Counted from the first letter of the stretch, positions 1 through 9,068 are shown. The stretch is DNA of 64,000 bases from an uncultured Phycisphaerales bacterium (GCA_963718665.1 OY970359.1:32001-96000); one strand, 5' to 3'. The notes: a model not told the origin generated them from the sequence alone. Numbers and translations are program-made.

Positions 1-525
1 AGTTTCGATAATCAGTCCTATGATAATTTCTGGGACATCAGCTCCAGGGCCGCGGCTGGAAAAGTCGATGCGTTAATTGTGCATCCTCGCGCTGTTTGCC
101 AGAGATTTACCGGCTCGGCAAACTGGGAGTTTTTATCGGAGGTCAAAAAACGATTTCCCCGCACAATAATATTTGGCAGCGGAGATTTGTTTTCTGCTGA
201 TACAATAAAAAATAATATGAAAAACACCAGGGTGGATGGCGCTGTAATCGCCCGCGGCGCGATTGGTAATCCATGGATTTTCGAACAGCTTCGCGCGGGG
301 AGTGATTTCGTTGCCCCAACTCTTGAGCAACAGGGCCGGGTAATTTCAAAACATTTCAATTTGATTTGTAAGCTCTATGGGGACAAAAAGGCCATTACGC
401 ATTTTCGGAAATTCGCGATTGCCTATTGCAAACTTCATCCCCTGCGCAGAAAAGTCCAAAAGGCCCTTTTTGCGGCAAAATCGGCTGAAGAATTCTTAGC
501 CGTCGTAAAACAATGGTATGGATAG
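1..525 (+). CDS. dusB: tRNA-dihydrouridine synthase, 5'-truncated by window edge
   Basis: Frame is open from base 1; Dus motifs VHPR...GSANW, GSGDL and ARGAIGNPWIF. Confidence 0.85.
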   Translation, partial: SFDNQSYDNFWDISSRAAAGKVDALIVHPRAVCQRFTGSANWEFLSEVKKRFPRTIIFGSGDLFSADTIKNNMKNTRVDGAVIARGAIGNPWIFEQLRAGSDFVAPTLEQQGRVISKHFNLICKLYGDKKAITHFRKFAIAYCKLHPLRRKVQKALFAAKSAEEFLAVVKQWYG

Positions 526-539
526 ACACTATAAATATT

Positions 540-617
540 AGACACGGATTAACACGGATTTACACTGTTTTTTTCATTTCTCTGTGTGCTCTGCGATTAA
601 AAAACTCTGCGGCTAAA
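540..617. repeat. Intergenic 9-bp-period repeat element (acacggatt arm + ctctgtg arm), empty site
   Basis: agacacggattaacacggatttacactg...tctctgtgtgctctgcgattaaaaaactctgcggctaaa; close copy at 62198-62297. Confidence 0.8.
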
Positions 618-661
618 CTTTTTAGTTGTTGGTATATCCGACACGGGTTATTATTTTAACT

Positions 662-2704
662 ATGCCTGAATCTGTGAAAAAATCTTTCGTCATTTTCACG
701 TATTTTGTTTTGATATTGGGTACCTTGCTGGTCTTCCGGCAGGTACACAATTTCGCTTTTGTTAATTATGATGATACTGACTACGTATATGAAAATCCGC
801 ACGTTTTGAACGGTCTGACCGGGGATGGTGTCATCTGGGCTTTTACCACCAACCGCACGGCCAACTGGCACCCTTTGACATGGCTGTCACTTATGCTCGA
901 TTGTCAATTGTTCGGCGCAAACCCCGGCTGGATGCATCTTGTAAACCTGCTTTTGCACATTGCCAATACCCTGCTGATTTTTGCGGTGCTCAGGAAAATG
1001 ACCGGCGCATTATGGCCGAGCGCATTTGTCGCGGCGGCCTTCGCGATTCATCCGATGCATGTCGAATCGGTCGCGTGGATTGCCGAACGCAAGGATGTAT
1101 TGAGCACATTGTTCCTTCTGCTTACATTGGCCGCGTATGTCAGCTATGTAAAACGCCACGGCCTGGTTCGCTATTTGCTGACAGTGCTGTTGTTCGCATT
1201 GGGCCTTCTTGTAAAACCAATGCTCGTTACTTTGCCGGTACTGCTGCTGCTTTTGGACTATTGGCCCCTTCTTCGCTTTGCTACTCCCTTAAGGGACGCC
1301 TTTCGGCGGAAGGGCAGGCCGCTCGGACGAATCAGAAGACAGAAGACGGAGGACAGAAGACCCGACTTCGCCCAAAGGGCTTCCACCTACGCTAAAGCTA
1401 CGGTGGACGGGCCGCCGGGCAGGCAGAGGGCTGAGGGCGTGTCTCAAAAACTATCGGCAGTACAGTTAATAATCGAAAAAATTCCTTTTATTGCTCTTTC
1501 CATCGTCTCAAGCGTAATTACGTTTCTGGTTCAGCTTGGGGGCAGTGCAGTGATACATATCAACGCTCTTCCTTTGAAGGACAGAATTACCAATGCCTTC
1601 TTATCCTACGCAAGATACACAGGTAAGCTGTTCTGGCCGCAAAATCTCGCGGTATTTTATCCTTTTGACGCTGACAGCTTTGCGTTTTGGCAGGTAGCGA
1701 TGTGTGTTTTATTATTGCTTGTTATATCCGTTTTTGTAATTCGTTTTGGACGAAATCAAAAGTATTTGCCGGTAGGATGGTTTTGGTTTGTCGTAACGCT
1801 TGTGCCCGTCATAGGATTTGTTCAGGTTGGCCGGCAGGCCTTTGCCGACCGCTATACCTATATTCCCTATATAGGTCTTTTCATAATGATTGCGTGGGGT
1901 CTGCCGGAGCTTCTTTCGAAATGGCCGCAGCGAAAAATCGCTCTCGGCCTATCGATGGTAATAATACTGACAACCCTCGGAATATGCGCGCATCAGCAGG
2001 TAAGCTATTGGAATAACAGCTTTACCCTCTTTTCGCAGACAATCGAGGTAACGCAAAACAATTATATTGCGTACAATAATCTTGGCGTTGCCTACAACAG
2101 CGTTGGCCGCTACCAGGATGCGATAGAGGCCTATAAGCAGACCATCCGAATTGAGCCGGACCAGGAGACATACTTTAATCTTGGCGTTGCCTACGGCAAA
2201 CTTGGCCGCTATCAGGATGAGGTAGAGGCCTATAAGCAGGCCATAAGAATCAAACCGGATTACGCCCTGGCATATATTAATCTTGGCGTTGCCTACAACA
2301 ACCTTGGCCGCTATCAGGATGCGATAGAAACCTATAAGCAGGTCATAAGAATCAAGCCGGATTACGCCGAGGCGTACTTTAATCTTGGCATTGCCTACGG
2401 CGAACTTGGCCGCCAGCAGGATGAGATAGAGGCCTATAAGCAGGCCATAAGAATCAAGCCGGATTACGCTGAGGCATATATTAATCTTGGCATTACCTGT
2501 TACAAACTTGGCCGCTATCAGGATGCGATAGAAACCTATAAGCAGGTCATAAGAATCAAGCCGGATTACGCCGAGGCACACTATCATCTTGGCGTTGCCT
2601 ATTTGGTAACCGGCGACAGGAATTCAGCCCTTGAAGAATACAAAATCTTAAAAACCCTGGACGCCGAGAAGGCAAACGAATTGTTTAAATTGATTAATAA
2701 GTAG
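662..2704 (+). CDS. Membrane protein of the TMTC/O-mannosyltransferase-like type with C-terminal TPR repeats
   Basis: N-terminal YDD and WHPLTW, HPMHVESVAWIAERKD, ADRYTY motifs; multiple TM segments; 5-6 TPRs. Start ATG 662 chosen; the ORF is open from 626. Confidence 0.85.
   Translation: MPESVKKSFVIFTYFVLILGTLLVFRQVHNFAFVNYDDTDYVYENPHVLNGLTGDGVIWAFTTNRTANWHPLTWLSLMLDCQLFGANPGWMHLVNLLLHIANTLLIFAVLRKMTGALWPSAFVAAAFAIHPMHVESVAWIAERKDVLSTLFLLLTLAAYVSYVKRHGLVRYLLTVLLFALGLLVKPMLVTLPVLLLLLDYWPLLRFATPLRDAFRRKGRPLGRIRRQKTEDRRPDFAQRASTYAKATVDGPPGRQRAEGVSQKLSAVQLIIEKIPFIALSIVSSVITFLVQLGGSAVIHINALPLKDRITNAFLSYARYTGKLFWPQNLAVFYPFDADSFAFWQVAMCVLLLLVISVFVIRFGRNQKYLPVGWFWFVVTLVPVIGFVQVGRQAFADRYTYIPYIGLFIMIAWGLPELLSKWPQRKIALGLSMVIILTTLGICAHQQVSYWNNSFTLFSQTIEVTQNNYIAYNNLGVAYNSVGRYQDAIEAYKQTIRIEPDQETYFNLGVAYGKLGRYQDEVEAYKQAIRIKPDYALAYINLGVAYNNLGRYQDAIETYKQVIRIKPDYAEAYFNLGIAYGELGRQQDEIEAYKQAIRIKPDYAEAYINLGITCYKLGRYQDAIETYKQVIRIKPDYAEAHYHLGVAYLVTGDRNSALEEYKILKTLDAEKANELFKLINK
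1264..1440. repeat. Nested palindromes and heptamer array inserted in frame in the TPR gene
   Basis: cagaaga-cagaaga-cggagga-cagaaga (1333-1361); hairpins tcccttaaggga, cgcctttcggcg, gcccaaagggc, tccacc...ggtgga; then cagaggg-ctgaggg. Confidence 0.7.
2077..2600 (+). repeat. About five near-identical 102-bp tandem repeats encoding TPR motifs
   Basis: Recurring aatcttggcgttgcctac...cttggccgctatcaggatgcgatagaggcctataagcagg..ataagaatcaagccggattacgc. Confidence 0.9.
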
Positions 2705-2753
2705 GTATTCCCGAGCCAGCTGAAATGGTATGGCCTGTAACAAAAAAAGTTTT

Positions 2754-2830
2754 GCCACAGAGTTTTTTAGCCACCCCCGCCGTTTTGCTTCGCAAAACGA
2801 GACGCGGGGGCTACGCAGGGCTTCGCTGCG
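2754..2830. repeat. gccacagag left arm interrupted by a palindromic element
   Basis: gccacagagttttttagcca followed by ccccgc-cgttttgc-ttc-gcaaaacg-aga-cgcgggg. Confidence 0.6.
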
Positions 2831-3136
2831 ATTTCCCTTGCTTTTGACGACAATCGTGAGGATAATACCTGTCACGGCGTTTACCTCGGCGTAGTTCCTT
2901 GACGAAGCCGGGTAGAGGAACGCAGCCGGACTGACAAGAGCAGGAGTTCTGAAAGACAACCGTAAATACGGTAATGGCGGTTTTATATGGTATTGCAAAG
3001 TTACAATGCGACAACATCGTCAAAGCCATAATAGACAAATCACGCTAACTTGGCTGGCCGTTTTTAATTGACGGCAGGCAATAATCCCGATAAATTACGA
3101 GCTCGATAACCAAATGGTAAAAGGTGATTAAATCGC

Positions 3137-3715
3137 ATGGAGTTTGTGGCCATTGATGTCGAAACAGCGAATTCTAATGTGTCATCGATCTGCCAGATCG
3201 GTCTCGCAGTGTTTCGCAATGGACAACTTGTTAAGGAATGGAAGACGTACATCGACCCGGAAGGCTGTTTTAGCGGAATAAATGTTTCGATTCACGGTAT
3301 CGATGAGAACACGGTTAAAGGTGCCCCTACGATACCAGATATTTCCAATAAATTATATCGATTTATGGATGACCGTGTTTCTGTGTGCCATACACATTTT
3401 GATCGCGTAGCCATTCAACAAGCATTTGATAAATACAAGTTGCGTCACCCCAATTGTAGGTGGCTAGATTCGGCGCGAGTGGCACGCCGAACATGGGCGA
3501 AATTTGCGAAGCGCGGCTATGGACTTGGTAAAATCTGTGCGTTCTTGGGCTACGACTTCACCCCTCATGATGCGTTGGAGGATGCCAAAGCAGCAGCATA
3601 TATACTCAATACTGCAATTGAAAAAACCAGTCTCGATATCGAAGGTTGGCTTAGGCGCGTTAAGCAACCAATATGTTCGTCAGGTACGGACCGGGCACGC
3701 AATAAAACGCAATAG
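3137..3715 (+). CDS. DEDDh 3'-5' exonuclease (DNA Pol III epsilon-like)
   Basis: FVAIDVETAN, H.FD and HDALEDA motifs. Confidence 0.9.
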   Translation: MEFVAIDVETANSNVSSICQIGLAVFRNGQLVKEWKTYIDPEGCFSGINVSIHGIDENTVKGAPTIPDISNKLYRFMDDRVSVCHTHFDRVAIQQAFDKYKLRHPNCRWLDSARVARRTWAKFAKRGYGLGKICAFLGYDFTPHDALEDAKAAAYILNTAIEKTSLDIEGWLRRVKQPICSSGTDRARNKTQ

Positions 3716-3724
3716 GAGTCCAGG

Positions 3725-4012
3725 ATGCCCTTGTACGGCAAGGTGCTGGTTGTTACAGGTGCTCTTAAGATTCCGAGGAAAGAGGCGGCTGATATGGCGG
3801 CTCGTGTTGGGTACTATATCGACCAAAGAGTTACCGAGAGGACGACGATATTGGTAGTGGGAGATCAGGACGTTAAGAAATACGTTAAGAAATTTGCGAG
3901 CTATAAGAAAAGTTCAAAACATCGGAAAACAGAAGACTTGATATCGAAGGGTCAAACAATTCGGATATTGGGTGAGACAGATTTTCGAAAACTTGCTCAA
4001 TTGGCAAACTAA
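3725..4012 (+). CDS. BRCT domain; probably the split C-terminal part of the exonuclease
   Basis: LYGKVLVVTG...VTERTTILVVG...SSK...I.IL.E.DF; same frame as 3137-3715, separated by one TAG. Confidence 0.75.
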   Translation: MPLYGKVLVVTGALKIPRKEAADMAARVGYYIDQRVTERTTILVVGDQDVKKYVKKFASYKKSSKHRKTEDLISKGQTIRILGETDFRKLAQLAN

Positions 4013-4119
4013 GTTTTGTCTAACAATTGTTATGCAATGGTTGCAAGAACGGATATAGAAGCGACTTAACTCCCCTGAAATCGGCGGAATTATAACGTGC
4101 GATTATTTTTTCGGCAGGG

Positions 4120-4192
4120 TGATTAAGCAATTGCCTATTGAGGATTCCGAAGCGGGCTCGTCGCTTCGCTCCGTGTGTCGATTTCCGATTTA
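4120..4192. repeat. Degenerate heptamer array with an inserted palindrome
   Basis: gattaag-caattgc-ctattga-ggattcc-ga[agcg...cgct..]gatttcc-gattta. Confidence 0.5.
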
Positions 4193-4211
4193 TTGGGTCT
4201 CCGGCGGCAAA

Positions 4212-4979
4212 CTATTTTAATGGCAGATGAATCGTAAAGGTAGTACCTTTGCCGGGGTGGGAATCGACGGTGATTGTTCCACGGTGAGCGTCGATAACCT
4301 TTTTGCAAAGCGAAAGGCCGAGGCCTGTGCCTGAGCCGGCGATTTTTTTGTGCTTTGTGGTGAAAAACGTATCGAATACCCTGCTCAACTCCGATTGCTC
4401 TATGCCGCAGCCCGTGTCGCTGATTTTTATTCGAATACTGTTGTTGTCCGCCTGTGCGGAGATAGTCAGTTTTCCGCCGTGGGGGAGCATCGCTTCACGG
4501 GCGTTGAGGACGAGGTTCATAATCGCCTGCTGCAACGAGACAGGCGAGGCATAAACCTGCAAATCTGCACTAACGAGTATCTCAACCGTTATCCCGTCTT
4601 TTGTGAAATCCCTGCAAAGGCAATCGAACACCGCGTTGACCATAGGCAGCAGGGGGGTAACGACCTTTTCACCGCAACCGGCTTTAGCCAATGAGAGGAT
4701 ACTTTCCATTACTTTTCCGGCCTGGCGGCAGTTTTTGGCGGTCCTGCGAAGGGTGCGCTCCGCAAGCTCCTTGTCGTCTATGTGCTTGAGCGATAACTCC
4801 GCGTAGTTGGTCAGGGGGGTAAGGAGATTATTGATTTCGTGGGCTATCATCGCGGTCGCGGAGCCGAGGTTTGCCAGGGCTTCGAGCTGCACCATATCTT
4901 TTTCGAGCGACTCATTGCGTCGCTGCTGCTGTGCGAGCTGCCCGTGAATTGCCCTGCGTTTTGCGATAATACTTGTCAA
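4212..4979 (-). CDS. Cytoplasmic histidine kinase (HisKA + HATPase_c, no sensor domain)
   Basis: H box AHEINNLL, N box NLVLNAREA, DTGCG, FFTTK, GTGLGL. Confidence 0.9.
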   Translation of the reverse strand: MTSIIAKRRAIHGQLAQQQRRNESLEKDMVQLEALANLGSATAMIAHEINNLLTPLTNYAELSLKHIDDKELAERTLRRTAKNCRQAGKVMESILSLAKAGCGEKVVTPLLPMVNAVFDCLCRDFTKDGITVEILVSADLQVYASPVSLQQAIMNLVLNAREAMLPHGGKLTISAQADNNSIRIKISDTGCGIEQSELSRVFDTFFTTKHKKIAGSGTGLGLSLCKKVIDAHRGTITVDSHPGKGTTFTIHLPLK

Positions 4980-5020
4980 TGCCCTGCCCCTGTTGTAAAA
5001 TTACAGAAACGCTCAAAATA

Positions 5021-5043
5021 ACCCCCACCACAGGGGTGGGGGC
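5021..5043. repeat. REP-like GC-rich hairpin between divergent genes
   Basis: cccccacc-acag-gggtggggg. Confidence 0.45.
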
Positions 5044-5100
5044 TAAACATTTACAAGGATAGTATCGACCTTTTTCTTGTTCTTTCTTGAACCCGAACAT

Positions 5101-5370
5101 ATGAACGAGCAGAGAATACTTGAAGAGCTTGTGATGCTTCTTGAGAGCAATGGTGTGGCGATTCGTCGTGAGCCGCTTGCGGGCGGGGCAGGGGGGTTGT
5201 GCACCGTCAGCGGCAGGCATATATTCTTTCTCGATACGCAGGCATCGTCGGTTGAGGCGGCGTCCGCCGCCGCGGAAGCGGTCGCGAAGCTCATTGATAT
5301 CGAGAGCATTTATCTTCGTCCGGAAATACGCGAGTTTATCGAGTCGAACGGGTCATCGATTAAGGAATGA
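5101..5370 (+). CDS. Hypothetical protein
   Basis: ORF MNEQRILEEL...RREPLAGGAGGLC...IYLRPEIRE; stop overlaps the next gene. Confidence 0.7.
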   Translation: MNEQRILEELVMLLESNGVAIRREPLAGGAGGLCTVSGRHIFFLDTQASSVEAASAAAEAVAKLIDIESIYLRPEIREFIESNGSSIKE

Positions 5371-5894
5371 TGACAATGGCTAAATCCAGAAAAGTCGCGA
5401 TAATGTTGGCTGAGCAATATCAGGTCACCGAAATCTGGTATCCTTACTACCGGCTGAAAGAGGCGGGGTTCGACTGTGATTTTATCGCGGCCGAGGCGAA
5501 TAAGGAATACCCGTCAAAAGAAGGGTATCCCTGCAAGTCAACGGTGGCCGCCAAAAACGCAAAAATCGACGATTACGTCTGTATGGTTGTCCCCGGCGGG
5601 TTTGCCCCTGATTTTATGAGAAGAAGCGACGATATGATTAAGTTCGCCAACGATATGGTGAACGCGGGGAAAACAATAGCCGCTATATGTCACGGGCCGT
5701 GGCTATTGTGCAGCACCAAAATTCTCAAGGGCAAAACAGCAACGTGCTTTATGGCGCTTCGCGACGACGTGAAAAACGCTGGCGCGAAATACGTCGATGA
5801 GGAGTGTGTCGTCGATGGCAACCTGATTACCTCCAGAAAGCCGGATGATTTGCCGGCATTTTGCGCGGCGATACTAAAAGCGATTGGTAAATAA
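5367..5894 (+). CDS. PfpI/DJ-1 family protein
   Basis: E.WYPYYRL, VPGGFAPD, AAICHGPW, DGNLITSRKPDDL. Confidence 0.92.
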   Translation: MMTMAKSRKVAIMLAEQYQVTEIWYPYYRLKEAGFDCDFIAAEANKEYPSKEGYPCKSTVAAKNAKIDDYVCMVVPGGFAPDFMRRSDDMIKFANDMVNAGKTIAAICHGPWLLCSTKILKGKTATCFMALRDDVKNAGAKYVDEECVVDGNLITSRKPDDLPAFCAAILKAIGK

Positions 5895-5921
5895 ACTTTT
5901 AATTCAGCGGAGTTACTTACT

Positions 5922-6401
5922 ATGACAAAGAAAAAACTCAATAACCAGCCAAATAAGACGCCCGTCATTCTCATCGTTGACGACAATCGCGAGAACCTCG
6001 AATTGCTGGAGGCCTATCTTGAGGATATTGATTGTAAGACAATCGCCGCCTACGACGGGCCTGAAGCCCTTGAAATCATTAGAAACGATAAGCCAGACCT
6101 TATCCTGCTCGATATTATGATGCCGAAAATGAGCGGCTTCGAGGTCTGCCGAAGGGTGAAAAATGACCCGGCGACCGCCCATATCCCCATCATTATGGTT
6201 ACTGCGCTCAACGATTTTGGCGATATGCAGCGGGCAGTCGATTGCGGCACCGATGATTTCGTTTCCAAGCCCGTCAACAAGCTCGAAATGCTCACCCGCG
6301 TCAAAACAATGCTCAAGCTCAAGCACCTGACCGACAAGCTGGAACGCACACTGGCATATCTGGCTGAAATCGAGAAACAGGCACAAATCCAGGCCGACTG
6401 A
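5922..6401 (+). CDS. Response regulator (receiver domain with short coiled-coil tail)
   Basis: ILIVDD, DLILLDIMMP, VTA, SKP. Confidence 0.92.
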   Translation: MTKKKLNNQPNKTPVILIVDDNRENLELLEAYLEDIDCKTIAAYDGPEALEIIRNDKPDLILLDIMMPKMSGFEVCRRVKNDPATAHIPIIMVTALNDFGDMQRAVDCGTDDFVSKPVNKLEMLTRVKTMLKLKHLTDKLERTLAYLAEIEKQAQIQAD

Positions 6402-6498
6402 TTCGTGAATATTAGAAAATCACTGGCAGGGGGGCAAGGTCCCAAAACTAACCGTCTGTTTTTCTGCCGCAAATGGAATAGTCGTTACAGCCGACACT

Positions 6499-8232
6499 TT
6501 GGCGCATAAAAATTCTCCCCGCCGGCCAATTTCCTTTAACCATCCTCAACCAGTCAATATCGGTGTGCCGATAATGCCTGTGGACGGAGGTTCCAGCCAT
6601 CTGGTCTATAAACAAAAGACCGGGCTTAACGAGGGGGATGGCTTCCCAATTGACAGACAACTTATGGGCCAGTTGCTATCGATAATAGGAAACGGCATCG
6701 GGGTCGAGATAGCGGACCTGATATGGCATTGTCTTCGCGAGTCCGCCAAGACGCTCGCCAGAACAGACCCCGCACACGCGCAGATGCTTGAGAAAGTCGT
6801 TGCCCTGGCCGACGCGAGAAAAACGTCGCTGCTTCGTCATCGGCTCGAAGAATACCGCACTATGCATCCGCGTTCACATTATGTCAATCTTGCGGCGGCT
6901 GCGATTGCCCTGGCAGACAGCCGGCTAAATGACGCCTTCGACCTGCTGAAATCGGTATATTCCAAATGCCCGCGAAATGTTACCGCGTTATACGCTTTGG
7001 GGCATTGCTGCGAACGACTCGGGCGAGAGGAAGACGCAATTGCCTTTTACCAGGATTGTCTCAAGTTTAAAAATCATCTCCAGTTCCCGCGTCAGCGTCT
7101 GGCGGCGATTTATTTCAGAAACGGGCAAATCGAAAAGACCATTACCGAGTACCAGCGTCTTGCCGCCGAATATCCTGATGACCTCTCAACGCTGCTTACG
7201 CTGGCACATCTTTATATAGCCGTCTCGCAATACAAGCTGGCGATTGATACGTTTTCTAACGCGATTCTTATGCAGCCGGATAATTTCTCGCCTGAAAACG
7301 ACGAGATTGATTCGCTTGTCGAGGCAGGGCAGTTCAATGACGCTCTTGATATGATTGAAAAGGCCCTCGAAGAATACCCGGACAGGCCTGATTTGCTTTT
7401 AAGGCGTGCCTCCATCTTCGCCTCGCTCGGGCAGGATGAGCAGGCACTCGATGAATTCAATCATACCATAGCCGTATGCCCGCATTTCCTTGACGCCAAT
7501 ATCAAGCTCGGCTCTCATTATATGCGACTGGGCAAACCCGCATCCGCAGCGATTCAGTTTACGCAGGCCGCCCTTATTAATGACCGTCTTGTTGACGCTT
7601 ATATAGGCCTGGCGACCGCCCAGAAACTCAGCAATAGTATATCCGAGGCGACGACTTCGCTTTCTTTGGCCGCGACAATCGACACCAACGGGCCGATGCT
7701 GTTCGCGCAGGCCGCCTGCCTGCAGTATAATACATCGTCTGCTGACTTCGAATTAAGGCCAATCGATATCATATTGGATGCCCAGACGCAGATGCTTAAG
7801 CTGAGGCCTCAAAACCCGGAAGTGCATTACCGGCTGGGTATACTTCTGATGAGTATAGGCCGTATTACCGAGGCGACTGAGCTGTTCAAAAGGGCGTTGA
7901 CGCTAAATCCTACCTTTGCGGCGGCCCGAAATAAGCTGGCCGTATGCCTGTATGAGACCGACGAAACGGCCTTTGCCCTCGAAACATTAATCCCGCCCAC
8001 CTGTCTTCAGCATGATACCCTCGACCTGCATTACCGTGTCGCCCTGCTTTATTGTGATAAAATTAAATTCGCATCCTGCCTGCTCGACCTTGAGCAATGG
8101 CTGCACGAAACGCTTGCCACAACCGACGCGGTAGTCAATATCTCGATTGTCCTGCAAAACCTCGGCCTGCTCGACCCGGTTTACTCGACATGGGATAACT
8201 TTGTTCCCGCCGTCGCCTGCACAACTGAATAA
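6499..8232 (+). CDS. Tetratricopeptide repeat protein (true start probably near 6664)
   Basis: Multiple TPR-like helical repeats, e.g. NPEVHYRLGILL...ALTLNPTF. Confidence 0.8.
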   Translation: MAHKNSPRRPISFNHPQPVNIGVPIMPVDGGSSHLVYKQKTGLNEGDGFPIDRQLMGQLLSIIGNGIGVEIADLIWHCLRESAKTLARTDPAHAQMLEKVVALADARKTSLLRHRLEEYRTMHPRSHYVNLAAAAIALADSRLNDAFDLLKSVYSKCPRNVTALYALGHCCERLGREEDAIAFYQDCLKFKNHLQFPRQRLAAIYFRNGQIEKTITEYQRLAAEYPDDLSTLLTLAHLYIAVSQYKLAIDTFSNAILMQPDNFSPENDEIDSLVEAGQFNDALDMIEKALEEYPDRPDLLLRRASIFASLGQDEQALDEFNHTIAVCPHFLDANIKLGSHYMRLGKPASAAIQFTQAALINDRLVDAYIGLATAQKLSNSISEATTSLSLAATIDTNGPMLFAQAACLQYNTSSADFELRPIDIILDAQTQMLKLRPQNPEVHYRLGILLMSIGRITEATELFKRALTLNPTFAAARNKLAVCLYETDETAFALETLIPPTCLQHDTLDLHYRVALLYCDKIKFASCLLDLEQWLHETLATTDAVVNISIVLQNLGLLDPVYSTWDNFVPAVACTTE

Positions 8233-8297
8233 ATGCCGCAAACGCCTGTTATAGCCGTAATCCCGCTAAATCCGCCCAAACCTGCCTAAAAACCTGA

Positions 8298-8325
8298 ATG
8301 AAACATAACATATATTATGAGACGT
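8298..8325 (-). other. Putative dif site (XerCD dimer-resolution site)
   Basis: Minus strand reads ACGTCTCATAA-TATATG-TTATGTTTCAT versus E. coli dif GGTGCGCATAA-TGTATA-TTATGTTAAAT; lies between convergent genes. Confidence 0.65.
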
Positions 8326-8374
8326 TAGATATTGTGTGCTCAGATACAGGTTTGCTCTATCTTAAGGGCTTATT

Positions 8375-9052
8375 TTAAAAGTTTTCGTTCTGTGTCTCAA
8401 CAGCGCAACGCAATGCTACAGGCGGGCCAAGTATCTCGTAATTCAGAATCGCCTTGCGGAAACCGTCGGCAGTTGAGTATTGCTCCGCAAGCTCCGAAAT
8501 ATAATGATGATGAATAATTTCCGGCTCGCTTGAAGCTTTTGCGTTTTCAGGTGTGAGTGCGTCAACCTTTTGTAAACCCGATTCAACTTTTTGCAAATTC
8601 GGCTTATAGACCGGTAAGGGTATGCCCACATCCGGCTTTTCGAGAATCTTTACGACCCTAAGCTTAGGTCCTTCCTGCTCAGGTGCGCTTTGCATCTGGT
8701 AAGCCGGTTTTCGGGTTGGTATCTGCACAGGCCTGCGAGGCGGCGGTGTTTTGGGCTGAGGCGACCTGGCAGGGGGCTGAAATTGTTCATTTTCCCTCTC
8801 TTGGACCTCCCTGCCGGTCTCTTTTTGGGCTTCTGCGTACCGCTCCCTGATTATCTTTGCAATATCGCCAAAGCCGGGTTTGTGTTTTTCCTGGCCTTTG
8901 GCTGATTCCTCTTCTGTGCCCTTTTTGCCCTTTTGTGCGGCCTTGGCAATCGCGCCAACCACCCATATCACAAAAAAGATAATCAGCGGCACAAGCTTGC
9001 CGAGATTTTCTGTCTCGTCGCTGCCCAATACTTTGTTTAACCAGTAACTCAT
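8375..9052 (-). CDS. Hypothetical single-TM protein at the YqfB-like position after floA
   Basis: N-terminal TM, low-complexity middle, C-terminal RKAILNYEILGPP motif. Confidence 0.7.
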   Translation of the reverse strand: MSYWLNKVLGSDETENLGKLVPLIIFFVIWVVGAIAKAAQKGKKGTEEESAKGQEKHKPGFGDIAKIIRERYAEAQKETGREVQERENEQFQPPARSPQPKTPPPRRPVQIPTRKPAYQMQSAPEQEGPKLRVVKILEKPDVGIPLPVYKPNLQKVESGLQKVDALTPENAKASSEPEIIHHHYISELAEQYSTADGFRKAILNYEILGPPVALRCAVETQNENF

Positions 9053-9068
9053 TATCTCTTAATCTTTT

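Noticed and set aside
2077..2600. CRISPR array or diversity-generating retroelement repeats
   Set aside because: The repeats are contiguous 102-bp in-frame TPR units with no spacers, and no cas or reverse transcriptase gene is present.
3713..3715. Amber (TAG) recoding or an alternative genetic code
   Set aside because: Many intact genes here (dusB, trpF, the sugar-binding protein) end normally at TAG.
6545..6575. Sigma28-type promoter (GCCGATAA) upstream of the TPR gene
   Set aside because: The -10 element matches but no -35 element sits at canonical spacing; support is insufficient.
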